From positions 1-64,000 of the forward strand of contig JBCCQY010000021.1 of NCBI GenBank assembly GCA_039208735.1: 64,000 nt of DNA, given 5' to 3'. Below are positions 39,834-49,346 of the stretch, one piece after another (positions within the stretch are counted from its first letter, which is position 1; each line of letters starts with the position of its first letter). The translations under genes were made by a program, and so were the position numbers. The stretch is from Myxococcota bacterium. Its GTDB lineage: Bacteria > Myxococcota_A > UBA796 > GCA-2862545. The notes under the pieces are model-generated. The model worked only from the letters and a program-made list of their open reading frames with translations, did no database searches and was not told where the DNA came from.

Positions 39834-39856
39834 TTGATAATGATTTTCACTTTCAT
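39834..39856. promoter_or_regulatory. Fur-box-like palindrome 5
   Basis: TTGATAATGATTTTCACTTTCAT, ~38 bp upstream of the 39796 start. Confidence 0.78.
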
Positions 39857-39969
39857 TTGAAGGCGAACCAGCTTCGTCTGCCGCGAGTCAGCGTGTAATG
39901 ACGCATCCGTCCTGAACCGAGAGTCGTTCTGTAGACGGGCAAGGCATGCTGCGAACGGGATCTGGCTCC

Positions 39970-40686
39970 TTACGCCTTCAGCCGTTTCGCAACCTCCGCG
40001 GCTCGTCGCCGGCTGACAGCGAGTTCGATGTTCCCCTCACGTAAGCGAAGGCTGAAGGAGCGCCCGCGCTCGTGAAGAGCCTCGACCAGACCGAGGTTCA
40101 CGATGGTCGAGCGATGCACGCGAGTGAACGGAGCCGGGAGCTCTTCTTCCCACTGTCGCAAGCTTCGGCGTAGGATGAACATCGCGCCATCGACCAGGTG
40201 GGCTTCGGAGTAGTCGACGGCTCCCGAGATGTAGGCGATGTCGGCGACCGCGACACGGCGCGGCCCCCGGCCATTGGCCATCAACACCCGGTCGTGGAGC
40301 CGGAGCCGGGACACCCCGAGCGTGCGTGCTGGTATCGGCCTCAGCCTCGCCCGGTCGACCGCCTCTTGGAGCCGCTCGGGGTGGACCGGCTTGAGGAGGT
40401 AGTCCGTGGCGTCCACCGAGAACGCCTCGATCGCGTGCTCGCCGTAGGCGGTCAGGAAGATGACGTGTGCGTTCACCACCCCCCGCCGCAACAGGTCAAA
40501 GCCCGTGCCATCTCCAAGCTGAATGTCGAGGAAGAGCAGATCTGGCTTGAGTCGGTCGTTCTGAATCGCGGCTTCTTCCACCGAGCCTGCTTCACCCACG
40601 ACCACGATGTCCGGGATCGGCAAGAGCTGGCGCTTCACCCAGTCACGACAGTGAGGTTCGTCGTCGACAATCAAGCTGCGGAACAT
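39970..40686 (-). CDS. LytTR-family response regulator
   Basis: LIVDDE, PDLLFLDI, FLTAY, DYLLKP; FTRVHRSTIVNL, VSRRR. Confidence 0.93.
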   Translation of the reverse strand: MFRSLIVDDEPHCRDWVKRQLLPIPDIVVVGEAGSVEEAAIQNDRLKPDLLFLDIQLGDGTGFDLLRRGVVNAHVIFLTAYGEHAIEAFSVDATDYLLKPVHPERLQEAVDRARLRPIPARTLGVSRLRLHDRVLMANGRGPRRVAVADIAYISGAVDYSEAHLVDGAMFILRRSLRQWEEELPAPFTRVHRSTIVNLGLVEALHERGRSFSLRLREGNIELAVSRRRAAEVAKRLKA

Positions 40687-41900
40687 CAGAACGGCCCGTC
40701 GAGTCGCGACCGCGACCACGCGCGGGCTAACGTGGCGGGAGAGGTCTCTGCCTCGAACGGGTCGAACACGACGCGCGCCAGCACGATGCCATCGCGCTGA
40801 TCGAGGTCGAACCTTGCGGTGTCCGGGTAGCGGGCCGCGAGGCGCTTGCGCACCACATCGAGACCCGTGCCGTGGGTGCCGTCAGCGGGTAGTGCGGACG
40901 CGGTCCCGAGGTGTCCGTCATTGGCGACTTCGATCTCGAGTTCCCCATGCGCACGATGCCGCGCGGCGATGCCCACCTCGATGCGAGCGCGCCCCCGGAG
41001 CCCGTGCTTCACCGCGTTCTCGACCAAGGGCTGGAGAAGGAGGAACGGGATCGGCAGCTGCCGCAGGTCGGCTGGCACGTCGATCGAGAAGCCGAGCTTT
41101 CCCACGAAGCGAATCTCCATACAGCGCAGGTACCGTGCGATGAAGTCGATCTCCTCTCCGAGGGTCACGGTCGATTGGTCGACGCCATCGATGGCGCGAC
41201 GCAGCAGCGCGGACATCTCGATCAACATTATCTCTGCTCGGTCTGGCGCAGGGCGCACCAATGCGACGGCGGCGCTAAGCGTGTTGAACAGGAAATGCGG
41301 ATGGATCCGGGCGCGCAGATGACGCAGTTGGGCATCGCGGGCGAGGGACTCGGCCTGGACGAGGCGCAATCGTGCTTCGCGTTCACGAGCCTCCGCCTCC
41401 AGAAGACGCATGCGCTCCTCGTTCCGGCGCCGTCCAACCACGGCGAGGAACGCGAACCCACTCCAGATCATGAGCAACGGAGCCAGCTCCAGTGCCACAT
41501 ACAGAACTCTCGGCGGGCCCAGACGTTCGGTGGGCCCCAGTGCGTAGACCTCGTTGAGCAAGACCGCCAAGAGGAGCGTGCACGGCACGGTGGCCAGGAG
41601 GGAGAGGATGAAGACCACCGGCAGCGCTCGAAGATCCATGAGCCAGCGCTCGGGCAGCCTCGCCAACAGCCAGCAGAGAAAGGCGGCGGCGAGCCCGGCG
41701 AGCCCGAACATCATGATAAGGCTGGGCCACGCGTACTCAGGCCAGCCCCGGTCCCACGCGAGCACGTAGATTTCGGCGAAGAATTGCACGCAAGGCACCG
41801 CGACCCAGGCCAACCCGAGTCCGACAATCACCGGAATCCCGCGCGACGACGTCGGCTTCGCCTGTGGGCTCTCCGGAATCGGCCGTCCTCGATGACGCAT
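40686..41900 (-). CDS. LytS-like sensor histidine kinase
   Basis: N-terminal TM helices; IHPHFLFNTL, LQPLVENAVKHG, GTGL; TGATG coupling to the regulator. Confidence 0.93.
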   Translation of the reverse strand: MRHRGRPIPESPQAKPTSSRGIPVIVGLGLAWVAVPCVQFFAEIYVLAWDRGWPEYAWPSLIMMFGLAGLAAAFLCWLLARLPERWLMDLRALPVVFILSLLATVPCTLLLAVLLNEVYALGPTERLGPPRVLYVALELAPLLMIWSGFAFLAVVGRRRNEERMRLLEAEAREREARLRLVQAESLARDAQLRHLRARIHPHFLFNTLSAAVALVRPAPDRAEIMLIEMSALLRRAIDGVDQSTVTLGEEIDFIARYLRCMEIRFVGKLGFSIDVPADLRQLPIPFLLLQPLVENAVKHGLRGRARIEVGIAARHRAHGELEIEVANDGHLGTASALPADGTHGTGLDVVRKRLAARYPDTARFDLDQRDGIVLARVVFDPFEAETSPATLARAWSRSRLDGPF

Positions 41901-42294
41901 CGGTTCCTCACGCCGCTCCGTAGCTCAGCGTTCGCGGGCGGAAATAGCATCCGTGCGAGCCAACGACGACCAGGCTTTGCACAGGCCTGGCATCCGCTGG
42001 GCTGAAGCTTTCACGCTCGTGGGTGGCCCGACTTACCGTCCACCCCGACCGCGTCGACGTCAAGCTGTACGACGGCCGCTACCTCGCCCAGCTCACCTGC
42101 AACGGCATTGCCATCGGCCCTCGGGACCGCGAAGGCCGAGGAAATGAGCCGAATCCAACCCTGTTAAGCGGTTCTTGCCAGGTGAAGAGTGGCTCCCCAC
42201 CACAAACCGGGCAAGAACCGAGTATCAAAGCCTGTTCATTCGGCTTTCGATGGGATTGACGGTCGCTCCGCTCCCCCAGCGTGCCGTTCGCCCA

Positions 42295-42415
42295 ACCGCT
42301 TCGCCGAGGGGCACGCCGCGAGGTGGGCGGCGATGATCGATGGCGAGGTCATCAAGACGAGGGCCGACCTTGCCCGACATCTCGGAGTGTCGCGGGCGAG
42401 GGTGACGCAGGTCTG
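42295..42415 (+). pseudogene. HTH remnant of the type found beside serine recombinases
   Basis: HAARWAAMIDGEVIKTRADLARHLGVSRARVTQV. Confidence 0.55.
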
Positions 42416-42479
42416 TCCGCGCTCGATCGGATTCCGGGGCATCGGAGAGCCAACTTGGCGTCGACTCCCCTACTCCATA

Positions 42480-43090
42480 CAGTGAATCGGCTCATCTTCG
42501 TCGACCAAACCAGCGTGACGCCAGAGGTTCTCGCCCGCGTGTTGACCTCTCCACATAGGGCACGACTCGATCACCTGACGACGTTCGTGGGCCATGACGG
42601 ATCGTTGTTCCGAGCCCTCTCCGGGGAGACCCTACCCGCGCTGCGTTCGCTTCACTTGCGCTTCGAGTATCCGACCGAATTCGATGACCTCCTCGATAGT
42701 TTGGCTGGTTGACCGGGAAACTCTAGAATCGAGAGTCTGGCTCTATTCGGAGCTACGGCTTCGCCCGAGACCTGGCGATACCTCTTTGCTTCACTAAACC
42801 TCGGCAAACTCCGCGAGCTCTGGCTCCGCGGCGGAGAGTGGGATCGTGGCGAGAATCCGCTGCGGTACTTGCCGGAACTCCGTCTTCCGTTCCTGAACTT
42901 CGTAGACGGACGTCTGAACCGAGAAACACTCGACAACCTCGTCGAGTCGCGCTGCAGCGAGACGCTCGAGGTCATTCGACTGCAACAGGAATCGCCGCAG
43001 CGATTTCGAACGCTGGCCCACCTGGCCCGTCGAGCGCCCCCACACCTGGTGGAGCTGGATCTACAGGACAAATGGACGATTCGCCTGTCG
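42480..43090 (+). pseudogene. Leucine-rich-repeat-like protein remnant
   Basis: LPALRSLHL, IESLAL, LGKLRELWL, LVELDL in one frame, interrupted by TGA at 42710-42712. Confidence 0.55.
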
Positions 43091-43104
43091 CGAGGTCTGC
43101 CCAC

Positions 43105-43315
43105 CGAGGTCGTCAACCACTTCGCCTTCGAGAGCGGCCGACGCCATGGGCGAACCGTGACCCTAAGCCCGGAGGCCCGCGCCGCGCTGCACAGCTGTTC
43201 ATGGCCCGGAAACGTAGGCGAACTCGCATTGTGCGACGGCAACCAGCCCCAAGTCGCTCAGCTCGGGATCGGGCGCAACACCTTGGCCCGGAAGTTGGCC
43301 GACGACCTAGAATAG
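43105..43315 (+). pseudogene. Sigma54-dependent activator C-terminal remnant with Fis-type HTH
   Basis: NHF...LSPEARAALHSCSWPGNVGEL joined directly to CDGNQ..AQLGIGRNTLARKL (internal deletion). Confidence 0.7.
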
Positions 43316-43342
43316 CAGCCCGCAGCACCGCGGCTCACGATT

Positions 43343-43894
43343 CTAATTCTCCGACGCCCCAACCTCCAGCGGGCGGATCCAGTCCACCTCCAACCGAAAG
43401 GGTCCGTCCTGTTTGTCGTAGATCATCAGTCCGATAGCTCGGATCGCCGCAGGGTCGAAGGACGGCGCTCCGGGGCCAAGGATCGGACCATAGAAGTTCC
43501 AAGGTCGTAGATCGGTGAATGGAATCTCGACTTCCTGCCACCGGTCCGCCTGCGTGACGAAAGAGGCGCGAAAGGGCGTAGCGAGTCGTCGATCGCTCGT
43601 CCGGACGTCGAGAAGATAGGTGCGTCCGTCGCCACGAACCCGCAGTCGGAGGCCTCTCAAGCGATCTAGAGGCCATTCGCGATTCTGGGTCCTCACGGAA
43701 GAGAAGCCCCCACCGTTGGTGTCGGTGGACCCCGCAAAGATCAGTCGTCCGTTCTCAACGGTCGACCCGCCCGAGGAACGACCTCCCATGACATTGTCGT
43801 TGACCGTGACCCAAGCGGGTTCGTCTGGTGCTTTGTCGAACTCGAGCAGCGGAGACCCACCGTGAGCGAGGGTCGTTAGCCAGATCGAGAGCAT
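43343..43894 (-). CDS. CIA30-family protein
   Basis: AAGGAGG RBS; WVTVNDNVMGGRS, NGGGFSSVR, RVRGDGRTY, DKQDGPFRLEVDWI. Confidence 0.9.
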   Translation of the reverse strand: MLSIWLTTLAHGGSPLLEFDKAPDEPAWVTVNDNVMGGRSSGGSTVENGRLIFAGSTDTNGGGFSSVRTQNREWPLDRLRGLRLRVRGDGRTYLLDVRTSDRRLATPFRASFVTQADRWQEVEIPFTDLRPWNFYGPILGPGAPSFDPAAIRAIGLMIYDKQDGPFRLEVDWIRPLEVGASEN

Positions 43895-44012
43895 GCACAC
43901 CTCCTTGGCCTGCTGGCCACAAGCCGTAGCGTATGTCTGCGACCGGCGTGGGTAGCGGGACGCGTTGTCTCGAGGCTCGGGACGGCGACCCAATGGGATA
44001 CGCGTTCCACCC

Positions 44013-44936
44013 ATGCATGACCGCTTCGACCTCGAGGACCTCATCTGCTTCGTTCGCGTGGTGGACCTTGGCGGAATCTCGGCGGCTGCGCGCTCCCTTG
44101 GCCGCTCAAAACAGACCGTCTCCCGTCGCCTTCACGCACTTGAGCAGGACCTCGATGTGCGGTTGCTTGAGCGCTCGACCCGCTCCGTGCGCCCTACCCC
44201 GACGGGCCAGCGGCTGTACGGAGCGGCCCTCGCCGTCGTCTCGGCCGCACATCACTTCGTGGATTTGACCGACGAAGTCAAGCACCGTCCATCTGGTGTC
44301 CTCCGCATCGCAAGCCCGCCGTTGTTCGCCCGACGATTTCTCGCGCCGGTCGTCGAGGAGTTCCTCGCCAACCATCCAGACGCCTGTGTGCACCTCGAAC
44401 TCGAGCTACGCCACGAACGCCTCGTCGAGGCCAATCTCGATTTGGCGTTTCGGATTGGGCCTCTCGAAGACAGCTCGGCCATCGCGCGGCGTATCGGAGC
44501 TGCGTCTATCGTTTGCGTGGGCTCGCCCGCCTACCTCGATGCAACGCGACGCCCCGAGCACCCCGAGGACCTCCGCGACCGGCCGTTCGTGGCATATGGG
44601 CGTGCCCCGCATCGGACAACCCAGGCCCGATACATCTTCACGCGCGGTTCCTCGAAGCATGAGGTGGCCGTCCAGGGTCGACTGCAGGTGAACAGCCACG
44701 AGATTGCCCACTCGGCTTGTCGTGCAGGGCTCGCGCTTGCTGTGCTGCCGTGGATCGTCGTCGAAGACGATGTCCGTAGCGGCGTCCTCGAGCACCTCCT
44801 TCCAGACTGGCCGATTCCGTTGGTGGACCTCTACCTATTGAGGCCGAGCCGACCCACGGGCGGAGCTACCGTCGATGCTTTCCTTGAACTCGTCGAACCC
44901 ATCCTTGAAGCGGCCCCTTGGAACGCAACTCCGTAA
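44013..44936 (+). CDS. LysR-family transcriptional regulator
   Basis: FVRVVDLGGISAAARSLG, LEQDLDVRLLERSTR, DLAFRIG; divergent from the CIA30 gene. Confidence 0.93.
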   Translation: MHDRFDLEDLICFVRVVDLGGISAAARSLGRSKQTVSRRLHALEQDLDVRLLERSTRSVRPTPTGQRLYGAALAVVSAAHHFVDLTDEVKHRPSGVLRIASPPLFARRFLAPVVEEFLANHPDACVHLELELRHERLVEANLDLAFRIGPLEDSSAIARRIGAASIVCVGSPAYLDATRRPEHPEDLRDRPFVAYGRAPHRTTQARYIFTRGSSKHEVAVQGRLQVNSHEIAHSACRAGLALAVLPWIVVEDDVRSGVLEHLLPDWPIPLVDLYLLRPSRPTGGATVDAFLELVEPILEAAPWNATP

Positions 44937-45094
44937 GCGTGCAACTCGAGGTTGCATCGAAGTACGAACCCGAGTCCCCGCAGGCCGGAACTGTCGACGC
45001 ATCCCAACCCTCGATCACGAAGCAGCCCTGAAGGATGTCAAGCGCCATCGGTGAGCGAATCGCGAGGGGTCTCCGCCCCATCACAGTCGTAGTC
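44936..45094 (-). pseudogene. Diverged fragment paralogous to the 3' end of the 6803-7807 lipoprotein gene
   Basis: Manual alignment to 6861-7027 gives 17 mismatches over 159 nt plus an 8-nt deletion. Confidence 0.9.
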
Positions 45095-45338
45095 TCCACA
45101 TCATTTCAGTCGTGTACGAATTCGGGACCCTCGCGCGACGATCGTAGGCTCGAACGCCATGGCTCCGATGACAGCAGATGCATGCACCACCGGTACGTCG
45201 AGCGACGGGAGCATAACGCTGGCGGAAACTGCTGCCGCGTCGGCCGCGAGCGACGTGGCTCGCCGCCTGAGGAACTCCGATCCAACGCGCCAGAATTCCA
45301 CCGAATCGTTGGTTATTCCTTGGCCGGACCGGGCTGCG

Positions 45339-45878
45339 CTATCGCTTGACCGTAGCCCGCACCTGCACCATGCGGCCCCCGCTCATCACAGGGTTCTCGA
45401 AGCGGAGTTCGGTCCTTCGTTGAAGCCCGTCCCACAGCCGGATGCCTCGCCCCAACACCACCGGCAGGAACGTGAGGCAAAGTTCGTCGACGAGCCCAGC
45501 CTCGAGGCCCTGCCGCACGAGGTCGCCACCGTCGAGGTAGACATCCTTCCCCTCGGCAGCCGCCGTCGCCTGGGACACGAGGTCTTCGATGCGACCTTGC
45601 ACCGCCCAGGCGCGGCCTCCCTTGGGGGCAGGAGGCAATGGGTGATGGGTGGCAACGAGGACGGGACGGTCCCCATAGTGCCACGCATCATAGTCTAGAG
45701 GAACTTGGTAGGTCCGACGTCCCATAAGGAGCGCCCCCACGTCCTCCATGAACTCGGCAAACCCCAGGCCCTTCGATTCGGCCCCCGGTTCGGGTTCGTA
45801 GTCGTGAAGAAATCCGATGTCGTGATCAGGTCCGGCGATGCAGCCGTCGAGCGAGCAGCCCAAATAGACGCGAACCAT
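45339..45878 (-). CDS. Dihydrofolate reductase-like (RibD C-terminal domain) protein
   Basis: CSLDGCIAG, LLMGRRTY, DVYLDGG, GLVDEL, PVVLGRGIRL. Confidence 0.9.
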   Translation of the reverse strand: MVRVYLGCSLDGCIAGPDHDIGFLHDYEPEPGAESKGLGFAEFMEDVGALLMGRRTYQVPLDYDAWHYGDRPVLVATHHPLPPAPKGGRAWAVQGRIEDLVSQATAAAEGKDVYLDGGDLVRQGLEAGLVDELCLTFLPVVLGRGIRLWDGLQRRTELRFENPVMSGGRMVQVRATVKR

Positions 45879-46203
45879 CCAAACTCCAGCATGGACCCGA
45901 AATCTACTGGTTCTTCGTTCGTGGGGCAACGTGACCCGATCGCATGGTGAAGTGGCTTGCCATTTAGAACGAGTGTTCAGTGGTCAAATAGACGAAACTG
46001 GCCATACGCCATGCCGGGCGCGAGCTTCAGCGTGGTTCCGGTGTGCGACATCCTTCGCGGGCCGACCGCCCCTCATTCTCAACCCTCCGGTCTGGATCGA
46101 TCCGCCCGGTCCGATCGACGGACTCGAGGCCTTTGAAAGCTTCGATCCCACCTCGCCTCGCCCGGATCGTCTTTCGATGTGCCGGTCGCCAACCGAAGCA
46201 CGA

Positions 46204-47238
46204 TCAGAGACAGTTGGTCACGCTGAACAGCAGCGGGCTGGTGGACACATCACCATAGCCACAAGCAAGGCAAAACCCATAGTCCCCAACGCGCGAGGCT
46301 CGCACCTCAAAGAGGAAGGGATGACCAGCAAGCTGCGCCTGCTGTTCTTCTTGGTAGACCTTGGAGGTGTGGATGTCGCTTAGGGCGGAGAAACTGGGCA
46401 AAAGAAAACCATCGTCCCGCAGCGTGGGTTCGAGGACGCCGGACCAGACTGACACGTAATGAGAAGCTCGCCCTCACCCGCCACCGTGGGACTGTAGAGG
46501 ACCGCATACAGCGTCTTGGATGACACAGGGCCGCGTGGCGGCCAGCTATCTGGCCCGAGGTAAATGGCCGTTTCGTGATCCCAACTCGGGGACAAGGGCG
46601 GGGTGTTGTTGGGGCTCGACCAAACGACGACGGCGCCATCGGGGTGCCCTTCGACCTTGAACGTGACCGCGGTCACGCCCGAAAGCTCCACCTCCACTTG
46701 TACGAAGGAAGACCGTGTCTCCCAAGTGTAGGCCGCGTCGTTTTCGAAGGGAATGCGATCGCCACATGCCCCCTTGATCCTTGGGTAGACCGCGACCTCA
46801 AAGTCCTCCGTGCGCGTCGCGCACGATGGGGGTTGCGTCCACCGCATCACCGAGGGCGACGATGTCGAGGGTGGTGCTCTCGAGGTCCACGGGAATCACA
46901 AAGGATGGACTTTCACTTCGCTCGGTCTCCAGGTTCGGATCATCGCCGCCGGGGCGACGGGCAAAGAACTCAACGTCACCCTCGACAAAGAACCGATCCA
47001 CCTCGGTGCCGGGAAGACGAAAGGTATGTTCGACCCACCCTCCCTTTGCCTCGCGAAGGATGGTCTTGGTCCCAAGCTCATTGCGAACGCCTTTTTCCGT
47101 CAACGTGCCTTCCCAAACCACGCCACAATCGTTGGGACGCACGGTAGGGGAAGGTGTCGACGGCTCGACAGCCTCCCCGCACGCAACCAAGACCAACGCT
47201 CCGGCCATGCTGACCCACGCTCTCCACAACCAGCCCAT
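46204..47238 (-). pseudogene. Lipoprotein gene apparently split by two frameshifts
   Basis: GGAGG RBS and LVAC lipobox; three overlapping ORF pieces (47238-46798, 46850-46380, 46455-46204) in changing frames. Confidence 0.55.
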
Positions 47239-47625
47239 GAGGACCTCCAGGGGGATTAGGATTAATGGAGGCACGTCCCGCGACAGGGGTTGCGACACAT
47301 CTGCGACGAGGTGGCCAGGCCGAGCGAAGCGTGCTCCCCAGGCGAAAAGCCAATCGTCTGGACCTGTCGACCGACGTCGTGCTCGACTGGTTCATTGACG
47401 GCATCCCTCGGCGACCGAACGACTCCAGCTCCTCGAAGAGGCGGAGTCCCTGCACGGCAGATGCGAATACGCTGGCCCCGCAAGCGTTCTCAGTGAAGAT
47501 AAATGGGACCGCTGCTCTCCTGGTTGGTCCTGTCCTTCCGGACTCCCAGACAACGACACTCGAAAGGAATAGTCGTTCTCGACCACGACGAGACCGATTC
47601 GAGGCCCTCGAACAGCTCGTCGACC

Positions 47626-48057
47626 TCAGTTCGGCTGCGATACGACGTTAGGCGATGCCTCGCCGGTTCGCGTAGGGTTCATCGCATAGTGCAGGACGCT
47701 CCAGAAGGTGACCAAGACCAACAGCACGCGAACCGCCCGCAGCCCCGCCCTACGGAAGCCCACGAGCGCAGCCAGGATGCCGAGCACGGCAAGCTGCGTC
47801 CCCATACCGATTTTCAGCAGATAGGGTTCGGTTTGTGTGAGGTCTACGGTGTGGAGCCAGCCAAATGCGACGGTGACCAACACCGCTAGTCCAAGCAAGC
47901 CTCCAAGTTCCGCAGACTCCAGACGTTTTTGAGCGGCACTCCGACCTGCGAGTGCGGTCCGTCGCCATCGTTGCATCAACGCACCGTGCGCCTCGGCACC
48001 GAGCTGACACGCGGCCAGGGTGTTGACGATGATGATCGCGGTCAACTCTTCCGACAC
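47626..48057 (-). CDS. Small multi-pass membrane protein
   Basis: GGAGGAGG RBS; about 4 hydrophobic segments. Confidence 0.7.
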   Translation of the reverse strand: MSEELTAIIIVNTLAACQLGAEAHGALMQRWRRTALAGRSAAQKRLESAELGGLLGLAVLVTVAFGWLHTVDLTQTEPYLLKIGMGTQLAVLGILAALVGFRRAGLRAVRVLLVLVTFWSVLHYAMNPTRTGEASPNVVSQPN

Positions 48058-48084
48058 ACCCTCCTCCCGCGTCCTGGTTCGCCA

Positions 48085-49299
48085 TCAGCGAACGCGGACG
48101 ATTTGGCCGATCGGTCCTGGAGTGGAAAACAACTCGCTTGGGGCCTCCGGTTCACTGATGTCGAACACGGTAGATTCGGAGAAGTTAGGAGCAAACAGCC
48201 CAAGAGTCGTCTGCCGGCCCTCGATGCCATCGAAGGTCGACAGGGAGAACAACGTGCCCGAAAGCGGAAGCCCCCCGATGGGCGTGAGCGTCTCTGCTCC
48301 GCCATCCGGCGTGTTCGTATGGAGTTGCCACACGGGCGCTCGGGTCAGGGAAGTGCTTGGCGCACCCGGAGGAGGCAACGGCGACGCAGGGTCGAAGACG
48401 GAGTAGAACAATGCATCACCCGAGATGGCGAGGGGACCTCCGATTAAACCCGAAGGCGTCCATGCCGCGAGATCGACAAAATAGTCGTCATCGAACGTCT
48501 GGTCGGAGGCCGAGAGTCGAACTTGGCAGGGCATTACCGCGGGGCTGCCTCCTTCGCCCGCAAAGGTCTCTGCCGCTGACGTCATGAAGGACCCTACATA
48601 GACGAGGCCATCCGACGCCTGGACTCCGCTGACCACATTGCCGCAACGCTCGTCCTCGGCGTAGGTCACGTCATTGGTCACCGGATCGAGAAATGCCGCA
48701 ACGGTCAGGGGGGCCCAGGAGTCATCGAAATCTCGTCGATATCGCGCGACGACCACCACACGGTCGTCGATCAAATCGACAAACTCGATATTGGTAACAA
48801 GATCGGGTCGTTTGAGACCCATGAGCATGGTTCTACCTTCAATTTCAAGGGTTTGGGGATTCCAGACAATGAACTGAGGTCGAAGGCGATCGATCAAGTA
48901 GGCCTTGGTCGGTGAGATCGACACAATCAAGTGTTGACTCGCATTGGTGATGCCAAAGGACCCAAAGCTCAATTGTCCGTAGGACTCGAAACCTCCGTCC
49001 GCGGTAGGTTGGAAACGCTGGACGATCGGCGCGTCCTGCTGCAACCACAAGACCGATCCATCGCCTGGGGCAAAGAAGACCCCCGGGCCTGGTGATAGGG
49101 CCTGATCCAAGTCGAATTCAAGATCGGCTTCGATGGACGAAAAGAGCAACAGCCACGGCGATAGCACGCCTCCAGCCTCGACGACCGCACCCGTAACGGC
49201 GAACAACGGGGTTTGCGGGACCGTTGGGTCGGCCATCATCTCGAACTCGACGGGGTCGCTGCAACCAACCCAGCTCGCGATCCCAGACAGAATGAGCAT
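48085..49299 (-). CDS. MxcI/DUF4374-like lipoprotein 3
   Basis: AAGGAGG RBS; WVGC lipobox; SFGSFG, IVWNPQTL, EDERCGN, DGLVYV, PCQVRL..FDDDY, terminal IVRVR. Confidence 0.8.
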   Translation of the reverse strand: MLILSGIASWVGCSDPVEFEMMADPTVPQTPLFAVTGAVVEAGGVLSPWLLLFSSIEADLEFDLDQALSPGPGVFFAPGDGSVLWLQQDAPIVQRFQPTADGGFESYGQLSFGSFGITNASQHLIVSISPTKAYLIDRLRPQFIVWNPQTLEIEGRTMLMGLKRPDLVTNIEFVDLIDDRVVVVARYRRDFDDSWAPLTVAAFLDPVTNDVTYAEDERCGNVVSGVQASDGLVYVGSFMTSAAETFAGEGGSPAVMPCQVRLSASDQTFDDDYFVDLAAWTPSGLIGGPLAISGDALFYSVFDPASPLPPPGAPSTSLTRAPVWQLHTNTPDGGAETLTPIGGLPLSGTLFSLSTFDGIEGRQTTLGLFAPNFSESTVFDISEPEAPSELFSTPGPIGQIVRVR

Positions 49300-49346
49300 T
49301 ACAGTTCACCCTCCTTCAGCTTGAAACAAATGGACGGACCAAGCCA

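Noticed and set aside
39797..39856. MKVKIIINK start for lipoprotein 2, and the 36918-37292 ORF
   Set aside because: These ATGs arise from AT-rich sequence in or next to the Fur-like boxes. Proper RBS plus lipoprotein signal starts lie downstream.
42710..42712. In-frame TGA as selenocysteine or recoding
   Set aside because: The context fits a Trp nonsense mutation in a fragment lacking a start, and other genes use TGA as a normal stop.
6861..45094. The ~160-bp pair as a DGR template/variable repeat or as element-bounding direct repeats
   Set aside because: Mismatches are mainly synonymous and not adenine-specific. No reverse transcriptase or intact integrase is present.
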